DNA of 64,000 nt from Octopus sinensis (lineage: Eukaryota): contig NW_021833749.1 of assembly GCF_006345805.1 (NCBI RefSeq), positions 8,473 to 72,472 on the forward strand, given 5' to 3'. A program made the position numbers and the translations under genes. Shown piece by piece: positions 12,918 through 24,872 of the stretch; positions within the stretch are counted from its first letter, which is position 1, and every line of letters starts with the position of its first letter. Below the pieces are notes generated by a model. The model did not search any database. It was not told the origin of the DNA and was given only the letters and a program-made list of their open reading frames with translations.

Positions 12918-13473
12918 ACTTATGTCAAAGTAACCAACAAATGATTGGATGTTTATGAGGCACGTGATCGCCATAAATTATCCATTGTATGAAATGTTTA
13001 TTAATTCACTCAGTAGATATTCTAAGTTAGCCAATCATAGTTTTATTGGCGGTACTTCTAGTATTTGCCTTTAGGTTAAAGTGTGAAAATGTAATTAGAG
13101 AGAGTTAACGGAGATTGAAGAAAACGGCTCAAGGAATTATCGGAACGTGAAGTTAATGAAATTCTTGGAATGTTGTTGAAGGATGAGAGAAGCTAAATTG
13201 TCTGTGAGATAATTACAAACAGATGGAATTACGATAACACAGGGGCTAAACCATCAACAACAAAAACTACATTAGTAAGCATCAACAACAACTACCAAAC
13301 AAAACAAAAACAGAACCTGCCAATTCAAAGAAAGATATATATATATGTACATCTCTTTCTCTCTCTCTACCTTTCTCTCTCTCTCTACCTTTCTCTCTCT
13401 CTCTCTCTTTCTCCCTTTCTCTCTCTATATAAATGCATACATACATACATATATACATACATACATACATACA

Positions 13474-13525
<52 letters not shown>

Positions 13526-13623
13526 ATATACATATATATATATACATATATATATGCATACATGCATACACATATATACATATATATATATATACATATA
13601 TACATATATATATATACATATAT

Positions 13624-13659
<36 letters not shown>

Positions 13660-14052
13660 GTATGTATGTATACATACATACACACACACACGCACACAAA
13701 CATACACACACACACACACCATATATATATATATGTAAGTATAGAAAGGGAAGCAAAAATAATAGGCAGATGAAGAAAGTGTGTATGAGAGAGAGAGAGA
13801 GAGGTATGGAAGAAAGAAAGAGAGAGAGAGAAAAGGTTACAGGGATAACGAAAGTATGGTGCGTGAGTAGGAGAGTGAAACGAAAACACTTATATTGAAA
13901 TGCGGTTATATATATAGAAGCAGTCATAGAAAGATGGTGTTACACACACACACACATTATTCAGGAGATAAGAGATGGTCAGTGTTGGAAAAAATCGTAT
14001 TTGTTACCAAATTTAATGTTACTTAAGTTCGTATCTCACTGGGAACTCACTT

Positions 14053-14085
14053 TTCAACGTTTCGGCCGAAGTTCTTCGTCAGGAA
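14053..14085 (-). ncRNA. Degenerate minimal hammerhead fold within a probable PLE tail (about 14050-14390)
   Basis: ttc CTGACGA agaacttcggcc GAA ACGT T gaa. Core intact, stem II weakened. Confidence 0.5.
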
Positions 14086-14411
14086 TTGTGAGAAACATGT
14101 TTCCGTTTTTGCTTTAGTCCACGAAACTTTGGATGCAGTGAAAAGTCATAGGAAATGTCATTGTTAGTAGATGTACAGATGTGGGTGAGAAGCGCTAGGG
14201 GGAAAGGGAGGGGAATTCGGAGGGGTTTAGGTGGATAGAAGACTAAAGTGTTTAGTGGGGAGGGGTGCGAACGAAAAGGAACGCTTAGCGAATGGAAGAA
14301 AGAAGGTGTATTTAGTGGTCAGATGAATGGTCGCTGCTAAGGATCTGTCAACAGCAGTGATAGCATGTACGTTCGTACAAACCGCCACATATAAACTATA
14401 GGGGCAAACGG

Positions 14412-14446
<35 letters not shown>

Positions 14447-14487
14447 CACACACGTAACGCAATTGTGGAGTCAGGTAGTATTAGTAT

Positions 14488-14719
14488 AAGGCGGCGAGCT
14501 GGCAGAAACGTTAGCACGCCGGGCGAAATGCTTAGCGGTATTTCGTCTGCCGTTACGTTCTGAGTTCAAAATCCGCCGAGGTCGACTTTGCCTTTCATCC
14601 TTTCGGGGTCGATTTAATAAGTACCAGTTACGCACTGGGGTCGATATAATCGACTTAATCCGTTTGTCTGTCCTTGTTTGTCCTCCCTGTGTTTAGTCCC
14701 TTGTGTGTAGTAAAGAAAT
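14488..14719 (+). mobile_element. Full-length SINE family B with 13-bp TSD
   Basis: AGGTAGTATTAGT at 14473-14485 and 14720-14732. The core resembles my recollection of the Meta/MESC SINE domain. Confidence 0.9.
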
Positions 14720-15394
14720 AGGTAGTATTAGTTACTATGCTCTCATACGTAGTATGTAACGTTTTGCTACCGCCTATTTGGCGTCGCTGAATCGACGCTG
14801 ACTTATTTGACTTCGGGCGTTTTAATGCTTCTCTGTTTTTAATATTTTTCATTCTCGCTCCCCCTCTGTCTCCCTCTCTCTCTTTCTCCCTCTCCCTTCT
14901 TTCTCGCTTTCTCACCCTTTTTCTGTTTATGCGTGTGAATATATTTCTTTATGTATGTGAGGAGAGAAATATATCCGTATGTGTATATTTTTGCGCGCAC
15001 GTGAGGGAGAGAGAGGGAAAGAGAAAGAAAAGTAGATAGAAGGAGAAAAAGGGAGTGAGAAAAGAGAGAGAAGGAGGAAGGAAGAGAATGAGAGTGACAT
15101 TAAAAATCTGATGTCAAATAAGTTAGAGTCGAATTAGCGAAGCAAATATGCGTCGGCAAACGGGCAACGCCGATGTGTCTCATATTCTCTTAAACATGAC
15201 CAACAAGAGCAACCGTCGCTTCCATGAACTATCTTTCTTACGCTCCTACTGTCTCAATCTGAGAATTAGGTTAAAGAGATATGTGTCTAAGGGATACTCA
15301 GCCATTAACACGCTAATTCAATCGGCAGTTGATCGAATAACTCAATCCTGTGGACAAAGAATCATCTATCCATATAGATAAATATGCAAATAGT

Positions 15395-15690
15395 TAAGTG
15401 GTTAGGGTGTTTGACACACGACCCTAAGGTCGCGAGTTCGATTCCTGGACGGGGCTCTCTGTTGCGTCTTTGAGCAAGATACTATATTAAACGTTGCTCC
15501 GATCCACTGAGCTGGCAAAAATGAGTCGTACCTGTAATTGAAAGGGGCCAGCCTTGTCACACTCTGTGTCACGATGGCTCTCTCTGAGAACTACGTCAAG
15601 GATACACGTGTCTGTGGAGTACTCAGCCACTTGCACGTTCATTTTACGAGCAGGTTCTTCTGCTGATTGGATCAACTGGAACACTCAATG
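15395..15690 (+). mobile_element. SINE family C variant (TTGAGCAAGACAC core, same 3' tail)
   Basis: B-box GAGTTCGATTCC; tail GGGCCAGCCTTGTCACACTCTGTGTCACG. Confidence 0.75.
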
Positions 15691-15785
15691 TAACACACAC
15701 ACACACACACACACATACACACACATATATATATAATTATATATATATATATATTATATATATATATATATTATATATATAGGAG

Positions 15786-16087
15786 GAGACACCCTTCGGT
15801 CATGACTGACCATGGGATTGCACCTAGAAAGTTACCCTCCGAGGCACAAGTCCAGGCAAGGCTGTTTATGGAAGGCCAACAGTCACCCATGCATACCAGC
15901 CTCCCATCTCCATGCCACCGGTGTTATCCAAGGGAAAGGCAAAGGCCTCATTTCTACAGATGAGTGGACTGGAGCAACGTGAAATAAAGTGTCATGCTCA
16001 GAACACAACACGCGGCCCGGTCCGAGAATCGAACTCGCAACCCCACGATCTTAAGCTCGATGCTCTAGCCACTGAGCCATGTGCCTT
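15786..16087 (-). mobile_element. SINE family D
   Basis: Reverse complement of the 16096-16427 copy, lacking about 30 bp internally. Confidence 0.85.
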
Positions 16088-16095
16088 TACTATAT

Positions 16096-16427
16096 AAGGC
16101 GCATGGCTCAGTGGTTAGAGCGTCGAGCTTACGATCGTGAGGTTGTGAGCTCGAATCCCGGACCGGGCTGCGTGTTGTGTTCTTGAGCAAAGCACTTTAT
16201 TTCATGTTGCTCCAGTTCACTCAGCTGTAGAAATGAGTTGCGACGTCACTGGTGCCAAGCTGTATCGACCTTTGTCTTTTCCTTGGATAACACTGGTGGC
16301 GTGGAGAGGGGAGGCTGGTATGCATGGGCGACTGCTGGTCTTCCATAAACAACCTTGCCCGGACTTGTGTCGCGGAGGGTAACTTTCTAGGTGCAATCCA
16401 TGGTCATTCATGACCGAAGGGGGTCTT
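16096..16427 (+). mobile_element. SINE family D
   Basis: A-box TGGCTCAGTGG; tail CTTTCTAGGTGCAATCCATGGTCATTCATGACCGAAGG. Confidence 0.85.
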
Positions 16428-16428
16428 T

Positions 16429-16476
<48 letters not shown>

Positions 16477-17351
16477 AAATTAATAAATAAATAAAACATA
16501 TGCATATATACATACATATATGTACGTATCTACCTCTACATGTATATATACATGCATATATGGGTACAGGACACCAAAAAAACGTCGAACACAATGAGAA
16601 ACGAAAACATAAACACAAAATCAAGGAAATGGACATTTTTTCTTAAACAACGAAAAAATAGAGTACAGGACATACAAAATATATATAAAGGGAGTTAAAC
16701 GCAAGATGACCTCGACAAGATGATGTCCTTGACAAGATATCGTCGACAAGATGTCCTTGACAAGATATCGTCGACAAGATTAACGTCTTTCTTATGCTAA
16801 TTCTTTGAATAGTTTGTGAGGTGGTAAGTTATAATGCAGCTGATAAATTTGGTTTTAATTTAAGCATGAGGCCAGAAATTTTGGCGGACGAGGAATGATG
16901 GATTACATCAAACCCAGTCCTCCACCGTTTCTTTATTTTATCAACCCTGAAAGGCACAGATAACCTCGGCAATATTTGAACTCAGAGCCTAAATAAATGT
17001 TACTCTCATGCTTTAACGATTCTGCCAGGTTCTGGTAAATCCCGAATACAAGATTCGGAACTGTAAACCAAATAAAACTCGATATTCTCCGTCCAAGAAT
17101 TCCTTGTCGCAGATTACAACAAGCCTTAAACTTATTTGTGGAAAGAACTGACCCCTTTTCATCGCTGTGGAATTAATTCTTGCCACCTGCTGCTTCCTAC
17201 AGGAATAAAATAGTTCTTTGACGAGAACCACCCGTTGCTTCACAATATTTTACGAGCATGATGTATTATGACGAAAGAAACCTCTAACGAGCTAAATTGG
17301 AATCCGATAGCCTATGCAGGAGCTCTCTCAACACGAGTCGCTACACCTACA

Positions 17352-17352
17352 T

Positions 17353-17399
<47 letters not shown>

Positions 17400-17433
17400 G
17401 ATGAGGGTGATGATGATGATGATGATGATGATG

Positions 17434-17491
<58 letters not shown>

Positions 17492-17515
17492 TAATAATAA
17501 TAATAATGATGAGGG

Positions 17516-17581
<66 letters not shown>

Positions 17582-17587
17582 TGAGAG

Positions 17588-17621
<34 letters not shown>

Positions 17622-17625
17622 AATG

Positions 17626-17668
<43 letters not shown>

Positions 17669-17830
17669 TGATGATGAGGGTGATGATGATGATGATGGTG
17701 GTGTGGTGGTGGTGGTGGTGGTGATGGTGGTGGTGGTGGTGGTGGTGGTGGTGATGGTGATGGTGGCGGTGGTGATGGTGGTGGTGGCGGTGGTGGTGGT
17801 GGTGGTGGTGGTGGTGGTGATGGTGATGAT
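17352..17830. repeat. Compound (AAT)n/(GAT)n/(GGT)n microsatellite
   Basis: Alternating trinucleotide blocks; GATGAG(G/A)GTGAT recurs 4 times. Confidence 0.95.
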
Positions 17831-17999
17831 GATTTCCTTTATTTGCCACCAGGGCGACGGATAAGGTGGAGAATACGACAAACATAAAATGTGGGTATTT
17901 ATATACAATGAAATGATATATAAAAAAAAAGTGAAGAGAAGAAAGGACACACGTGCTATACAATAAAACATGGAAAGAAAATATATACAAAGTGTCCAT

Positions 18000-18410
18000 T
18001 GGCTGTGTGGTAAGTAGCTTGCTAACCAGCCACATGGTTCCGGGTTCAGTCCCACTGCGTGGCACCTTGGGCACGTGTCTTCTGCTATAGCCCCGGGCCG
18101 ACCAATGCCTTGTGAGTGGATTTGGTTGACGGAAACTGAAAGAAGCCCGTCGTATATATGTATATATATATGTGTGTGTGTGCGTGTATGTTTGTGTGTC
18201 TGTGTTTGTCCCCCTAGCATTGCTTGACAACCGATGCTGGTGTGTTTATGTCCCCGTTACTTAGCGGTTCGGTAAAAGAGACCGATAGAATAAGTACTGG
18301 GCTTACAAAAGAATAAGTCCCGGGTTCGAGTTGCTCGATTAAAGGCGGTGCTCCAGCATGGCCGCAGTCAAATGGCTGAAACAAGTAAAAGAGTAAAGAG
18401 TAAAAGAGAG
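18000..18410 (+). mobile_element. SINE family A
   Basis: GGCTGTGTGG A-box, GGTTCAGTCCC B-box, internal (TA)(TG) microsatellite, (GAGTAAA)n tail. Confidence 0.9.
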
Positions 18411-18414
18411 TAGC

Positions 18415-18975
18415 TACAAAACAAGATGAATACAATCTGATCCTTCAGACACAAGGGAGCCTCCAGGGACAATCGTAGGACCCTAGCATCCAAAATGTCC
18501 CTGAACACCAAGGGCAAGGGCCCACTCCAATTCTTGTTTTTCCAACTCACAGGTCTATACTTAGAGCGGTACCAGTTTATTGAGAAGTGGATGAAAGTTG
18601 CGAAAAATGGCAACCATTTTTCGCAACTTTCATCCACTTCTCAATAAACTCATTTGAGGACAGCACCTTCCTCTCCACCCTCACTTTCCTTTTCAAGTGA
18701 ATATTGAAAAAAGCAATGAGGGCTCTTACTAAAGAGGAGTGACTCTCTCTCTCTCTCTCTCTCTCTCTCCCGATGCCTTTCAACCTCGTCCACTAGACAA
18801 CCTCTTTCATCACAGCCTCCAGGCAAAGGAAAGCTGCTTTACCTGATTGAGTAAAGGAGTGCGGCTGAGCAATCAGCCCTATCGACTCGGGCGACAGATG
18901 GATCCATCCTACACGTGACAGCAGTCGTTCAGCATCGACATAACACCCCCACCGCCAAGTCAGCAGTGCCCGGAC
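18415..18975 (-). mobile_element. Tx1/L1-type LINE 3' remnant
   Basis: Minus strand reads RLLSRVGWIHLSPESIG...GKAAFLCLEAVMKEVV*WTRLKG...ALIAFFNIHLKRKVRVERKVLSSNEFIEKW. Confidence 0.75.
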
Positions 18976-19052
18976 AGTGAAGAAGTGTGCAGATCGGCTT
19001 CATCGCTCTGCGTACACCTCCGACAAGCCCGTCTATATCCTACTACTACTAC

Positions 19053-19127
<75 letters not shown>

Positions 19128-19128
19128 G

Positions 19129-19230
19129 AGGAGACACCGGGGACGGAGGAGACACCGGGGACGGAGGAGACACCGGGGACGGAGGAGACACCGGGGACGG
19201 AGGAGACACCGGGGACGGAGGAGACACCGG
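19129..19230 (+). repeat. 18-bp tandem repeat AGGAGACACCGGGGACGG, 5 copies plus a 12-bp partial
   Basis: Perfect copies start at 19129, 19147, 19165, 19183 and 19201. Confidence 0.95.
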
Positions 19231-22200
19231 AGACATTTAAGATGTAAGAAGGAAAATACAGAGCTCCGAAATCTATCCACAAACATCGAAAACAAGGATA
19301 CCCTATGGAGCCAAAGATTTACTAACAAAGAATTGGACTATATCCGAGTAAGTAATACTAATTGAAATTTATTACTATTTTCGAAACGAAATGATGTATT
19401 TTGACTCGATATTATCTCCACCTCTAACACAACACATGTAAACATGCGTGGAACAACACGATCATCCCCGACCTCAAACACATGTACAAAGGAACTACGA
19501 AGAAATTAAATGCCACGATACTATTCAACCCAAGAAAACAATCGAGCGGTACGTACATTAAACCTACAACAAAAAATGTACGAAAAACTACACGTGCGAA
19601 ATAATGTGACAACAGAAATAAACGGACCGGTACCCTACGAAAATGACGGCCGTCAAAATAATGGGCCGGACGTTGTACCTCATGTCCCGCAATTAAAACC
19701 CAAAAGACGTAAATGGACACGTGAGGAATACATTCTCTCTTACACGCATACTTCACAGCAATGCTCTACCCACAAAATGAAAATACAACACACATACATA
19801 TAAAATATGGAAGGAAAATAATAGAGATATAGACTTGGATACAGCAATGAACCCTAATAAATTAGCTAACGTACGAAGATACATTCTCAAAGCCAAAAAA
19901 ATATCAGAAATAGAAATAGAACATTTAAAAGAAAAAATACACAGGAAAATGTAGATAGAAGCCACACAACATGCCCAATAATATAAACACTGAAACTGAA
20001 AACACGAAGACAAACGCAACATTCCCAAAAAACACGATGTAAACAACGAAGGGGAGCCTAATGATTATGATAATATAAAAATAAAATAATCAAAGAACTG
20101 AAAACCACAGAGCCCAAAATGGACCACAGACCATACCTCCCAAGAATAAAAATAAACGCAATAACAACACCAATTATAAACAACATAAACCTAGCCGTCA
20201 CTGAACTAGCCACTGAAACAAAAAAAACGTGATATCACTGAACTAAATGACTTGATATACGCAGCAGCCACTGCAGCCACAAAGGAAGCTGGATACTCAC
20301 CCAAACCCGCCCAAACAGGAGTACCACCACCCAAACAAACCTGTGGATAAATAACATCCAAAACAAAATTAAAAAATTAGAAAAGACCTGTCGATTCTTA
20401 ATGAAATCAGCAAACAAGCAACGCTACTGAGCAACAAAAGAGAACAAAAATGCTCCGCAAATATAACATCACAGAAAAAGATTGCCGGCGGAGATAAAAG
20501 AAAAGCTTGAAGCAAGATATCCTTGCCAAAGCTCAAAGGATCCGCCGGTACGAGAAACGCCAACGCTTCTTTGAACAGAACAAAAAGTTCAACTCCGACC
20601 CCAAAAAGTTCTACCAAGAACTGGGCAAAAATAAAATAGAAGTCACTGCAGCACAACGGCAGAAGAATTGGAAGAATTCTGGAGAGAAATATGGTCGGCG
20701 AAACGAACAGACAAAAAAAAGGAGTATGAAAATAACAAACTCGGCATCTGAACAACTTTGGACCCCCATAACAACTGAAGAGGTCACCCAGGCACTGCAA
20801 AAACTAAGCAACTGGAAGGCACCTGGGCATGACAAGATCCCCAACTTCTAGTTGAAATATCTAACAGGAATGCACAAAAAGCTGGCTGAAAACTTTAACA
20901 GCATACTAGCAGAGCCAGAGACAATGCCTGAATGGCTCACGAAGGGGAAAACATTTTAATTCCCAAATCAAATGAAACAACAAAACCAGAAAAAACTACA
21001 GACCAATAACCTGCCTCCCTACTATGTTCAAGGCATTTACTGCAGTGATATCGCAAAGGCTGAACAAGCACCTGGACGAAAACAAACTGTTCCCAGAAGA
21101 GCAGAAAGGATGCCGCAAGGGCTCATATGGCTGTAAAGATCAACTAATGATTAATAAAGCCGTAACTGAAGACAGCCACAGAAAGAAGAAAGGCCTCAGT
21201 ATGGCCTGGATTGACTACAAAAAGGCGTTTGGTAGCATCCCCCACACATGGATCCTCGAAAAACACTAGCCATTAACAAGTAGTAGCACCAACAATCATA
21301 AAATTCATAGAGCACTCTATGAATAAATGGCAAACAGTCCTACACCTCCAAACAAAAGAGGGACTCATGAAAACCAAAGACATCCCCATTAGAAGAGGAA
21401 TATTCCAGGGAGACACGCTCTCTCCACTCCTTTTCTGCTTGGCACTGTCACCTCTATCTGATATGCTAAATAGAACTGGATGCGGATATAAATGTTACGG
21501 CAAAACGATCAGCCACCTTTATATAGGATGACCTAAAACTATACGCTGCAAATGACAAACAGCTGGAAACACTATTTATAGACAGTTCATGGTTTACCAA
21601 AGAAATAGATATGAAATTTGGATTAGAAAAATGCGCCAAAGTAAAGTAACCATGAAAAGAGGAAAACTAGTTAAGAGTAACAACATCACACTAGATAAAA
21701 CCAATGAAATAAAAGAATTAGACCAAAGCCAAACTTACAAATACTTAGGAATCCATGAACTAGATAAGACACAACACACACAAATGAAAGAGAAAAAAAA
21801 AAAGAATATTATAGACGAGTTAGATCAATACTAAAAACAGAGCTCAATGCTAAAAACAAGATAATAGGTATCAACACTTTAGTGTCCCAGTTATAAGTTA
21901 CAGCTACAATATCCTTAACTGGACACGAAATGAACTGACCAAAATAGATAGGAAAACAAGAAAAATACTGACAGGATCTAGGATGCATCACCCAAAATCT
22001 GACATAGAAAGACTATATATACAACGTATAGAATGTGGTAGAGGCCTCCTTATACAGCTGGAAAACTACTATAAAATAACCACCATAGGACTGCAAAAAT
22101 ACCTACTTCAGAAGGAAGGAAAACTGATCCAGATAGCAGCAAAACACGAGCAAAACAAAAGACTGTTCTCAGTATTTAAGGAAGCTGACAAATACAAACA

Positions 22201-23192
22201 AGAAATCATACCACCTAATAAACACAAAGAAGAAGAAGAAGAAGATGAGAAGAAACAACAAAAGCTATAAAACAAATGAAATCCAAACTAAAAATAGAAC
22301 AGCAACGAGCCATGATAAAACGATGGCAAGAAAAGCCCCTTCATGGTAAATACTGCACTAAACTAAACGCAAAAGAAATAGACAAAGAAAAATCCCAGCA
22401 ATGGTTGAGAAGCTCAGTACTCAAAGCAGAAACAGAGGGATTTTTAATTGCAGCACAAGACCAAAGCCTCCCCACCAGAAATTACCAAAACATGTAATGA
22501 AAAGAAATATTACAAGTAACTGCAGAATATGTTGGGTTGGACAAGAAACAATAAATCATATTATCTCTAGCTGCCCAGTCCTGGCTAAGAAGGAATATAT
22601 TCACAGACATGACAGAGTTGGAACCTACATACATTGGAAGCTATGCCAACATTATGGAATAACAACAGAAAAAAGATGGTATAGGCACACACCAGAAAAG
22701 GTCACAGAAAACGAGAAAGCAACCATACTCTGGGATATGCCGATACACACAGATAGAGAAATTAAGGCCAACAGACCAGATATAGTTGTCAGAGATCATG
22801 AAGAAAAAAAATGCTTTCTAATTGATGTATCAATACCGGCAGATGACAACGTGTCTCTAAAAGAAATGGAGAAACTCTCAAAATACAAAGACCTGGAAAT
22901 AGAGGTAACTAGAATGTGGAACCTGAAAACAGAAACAATTCCTATCATAGTAGGTGCATTAGGCATGATAAAAAATATTCAGACAAATACATAACAAAAA
23001 CACCAGGACTTACAAACACATATAACATACAGAAAATTGCACTACTAGGCACTGCACACATCCTACGCAGAACACTTTCCATACAATAACCATCAGAGCA
23101 TCACAACAAATCACAGCACATACCCAAGGCACACAGAGCTGCGCTCGGTAGTGAAGTGAAAGCACGCTATAAAAATAAAAATAAAACTACTG
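19230..23192 (+). mobile_element. Near-full-length R4/Dong-clade non-LTR retrotransposon (RT plus restriction-like endonuclease), frameshifted
   Basis: N-terminal KRRKWTREE; RT motifs EEQKGC, WIDYKKAF, RRGIFQGDTLSPLLF and a disrupted YxDD near 21520; CCHC knuckle CRICW...HIISSC; RHD; RPDIVV...LIDVSIP; KYKDL. (AAT)n lies on both sides. Confidence 0.92.
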
Positions 23193-23231
23193 AATAATAA
23201 TAATAATAATAATAATGCCAACAACAACAAC

Positions 23232-23598
23232 AACAAGAGCACTCAGAGAGCGCAAACCTCTGCAAAGGCAACACCAACATCCTCTCAACGATTAGCCGGA
23301 GATGACTTTTAAAATGAGAATATCTGAAATAAAAACTCGAATGCTCTCACAAACGAGAATACTAAAACTGATCCCAACTGATCTCAAAAATTACGTAAAA
23401 ACACAGGAAACATAATTCAGAATCCTTGTCCGGAACCGGATCGATCCCAAAATCTAATCAATTTGTGCCAGTCACAATGCCAAATATCCCTGAAAGTTTC
23501 ATCCGAATCCGTCCAGCGGTTCTTGAGATATCTTGTCCACGGTCAAACAAACACGACTGAAAACAATACCTCCACCTACGCTAAGACGGAGGTAATAA
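23232..23598 (+). mobile_element. Non-autonomous Helentron/HINE-like element
   Basis: Subterminal AACCTCTGCAAAGG near the 5' end and a 3' stem-loop TACCTCC-N14-GGAGGTA (23567-23594), in a simple-repeat context. Class assigned from recalled architecture. Confidence 0.55.
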
Positions 23599-23606
23599 TG
23601 TCCCGA

Positions 23607-24493
23607 TGCAGGACCAGGCAGTGGCTCTCATGGCTTCTGATCTTAACTGATTGGAAGTGTTATCATGTACATGTTTTGTCTTGGTGCAAAAAGATGGGCT
23701 ACAGCAAGTGTTCTGCTCATTACCACAAATTTGCTTGTCAGTTGTTTGAGCTTAATCAGTTGAGCATTTCCCTTCGTGTCTGACGATATGTGCATCTCTG
23801 ATCACGAGCATAAGTAGTGGGCGAGCATCATGGCCATGTGTTGAGAGGAATTGGGGATGGGCTGAATAATTCCTCTCTGGAAACATAGGTTTTTTTTTGT
23901 CATCATCCTTAAACAACCCTCACTTAGGGACCTTTTGAACGGGATGGGCTACTCAACCTGAAGAAAGTTCTAACTAGACCCCAGATGCAAGGTCATGCGC
24001 TGTTTATCGTGATATAAGGTCACCATGTCGCGCACATATATTTCTTTACTGCCCACAAGGGGCTAAACACAGAGACGACAAACAAGGACAGACAAAGGGA
24101 TTAAGTCGATTACATCGACCCCAGTGCGAAACTGGTACTTAATTTATCGACCCCGAAAGGATGAAAGGCAAAGTCGACCTCGGCGGAATTTGAACTCACA
24201 ACGTAACGGCAGACGAAATATCGCTAAGCATTCCGCCCGGCGTGCTAACGTTTCTGCCAGCTCGCCGCCTTAGAAAGTTCTAACTAGACCCCACATGCAA
24301 GTCATGCGCTGTTTATCGTGATATAAGGTCGCCATGTCGCGCACATATGGTTGCACATAAGGATGCTCCATGCATGTGCTAGGAGTACCCTTATCAGACG
24401 GATAGTCATGATGGGTATATTGGTCTTCGTATATTTTTGTACCCCAGTGTCACTTTGATAGCATGCATTGCTCTCTCACCAAATAATAATAAT
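23607..24493 (+). mobile_element. Unclassified interspersed repeat ending in (AAT)n, interrupted by a SINE
   Basis: Recalled as an abundant octopus repeat. The sequence is continuous across the SINE at 24040-24271. Confidence 0.5.
24040..24271 (-). mobile_element. Full-length SINE family B
   Basis: Reverse complement of 14488-14719. Flanked by a 77-78 bp direct duplication. Confidence 0.9.
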
Positions 24494-24813
24494 AGAGACC
24501 GCGTGAGACCTCTCACAACAAGCTGCTGTCCGCTCTCACAGAATCAACCAGAGCAAACAAGACCGAGCTGCTGTGAGAAGTAGAACAACAACAACAACGA
24601 CAATTGTTCTTTTATTGGCCACAAGGACACAAGCCGAGTCTTTGTGGCTAATAACAATACAATGTGATTAACACAATGGGGCTAATAACAACACAATACA
24701 ATGAAACGGCAAAGAGCGGAGTATTACAATGATGTATGGGTGGGAAAAGCAAGTAAGACAACGAATCTGAAGGGATGAGTGAAAGACAGTGTACAATTAT
24801 ATTTAGAGACATG

Positions 24814-24872
<59 letters not shown>

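Noticed and set aside
17268-18230. Overlapping 136-302 aa low-complexity ORFs
   Set aside because: (AAT)/(GAT)/(GGT) repeats read through into a SINE. The same applies to the many YI/CV/HT-repeat ORFs in the track.
20507-22994. Separate ORFs 20507-20851, 21024-21269, 21319-21531, 21983-22270 and 22401-22994 as host genes
   Set aside because: They are frameshifted pieces of the single R4/Dong ORF.
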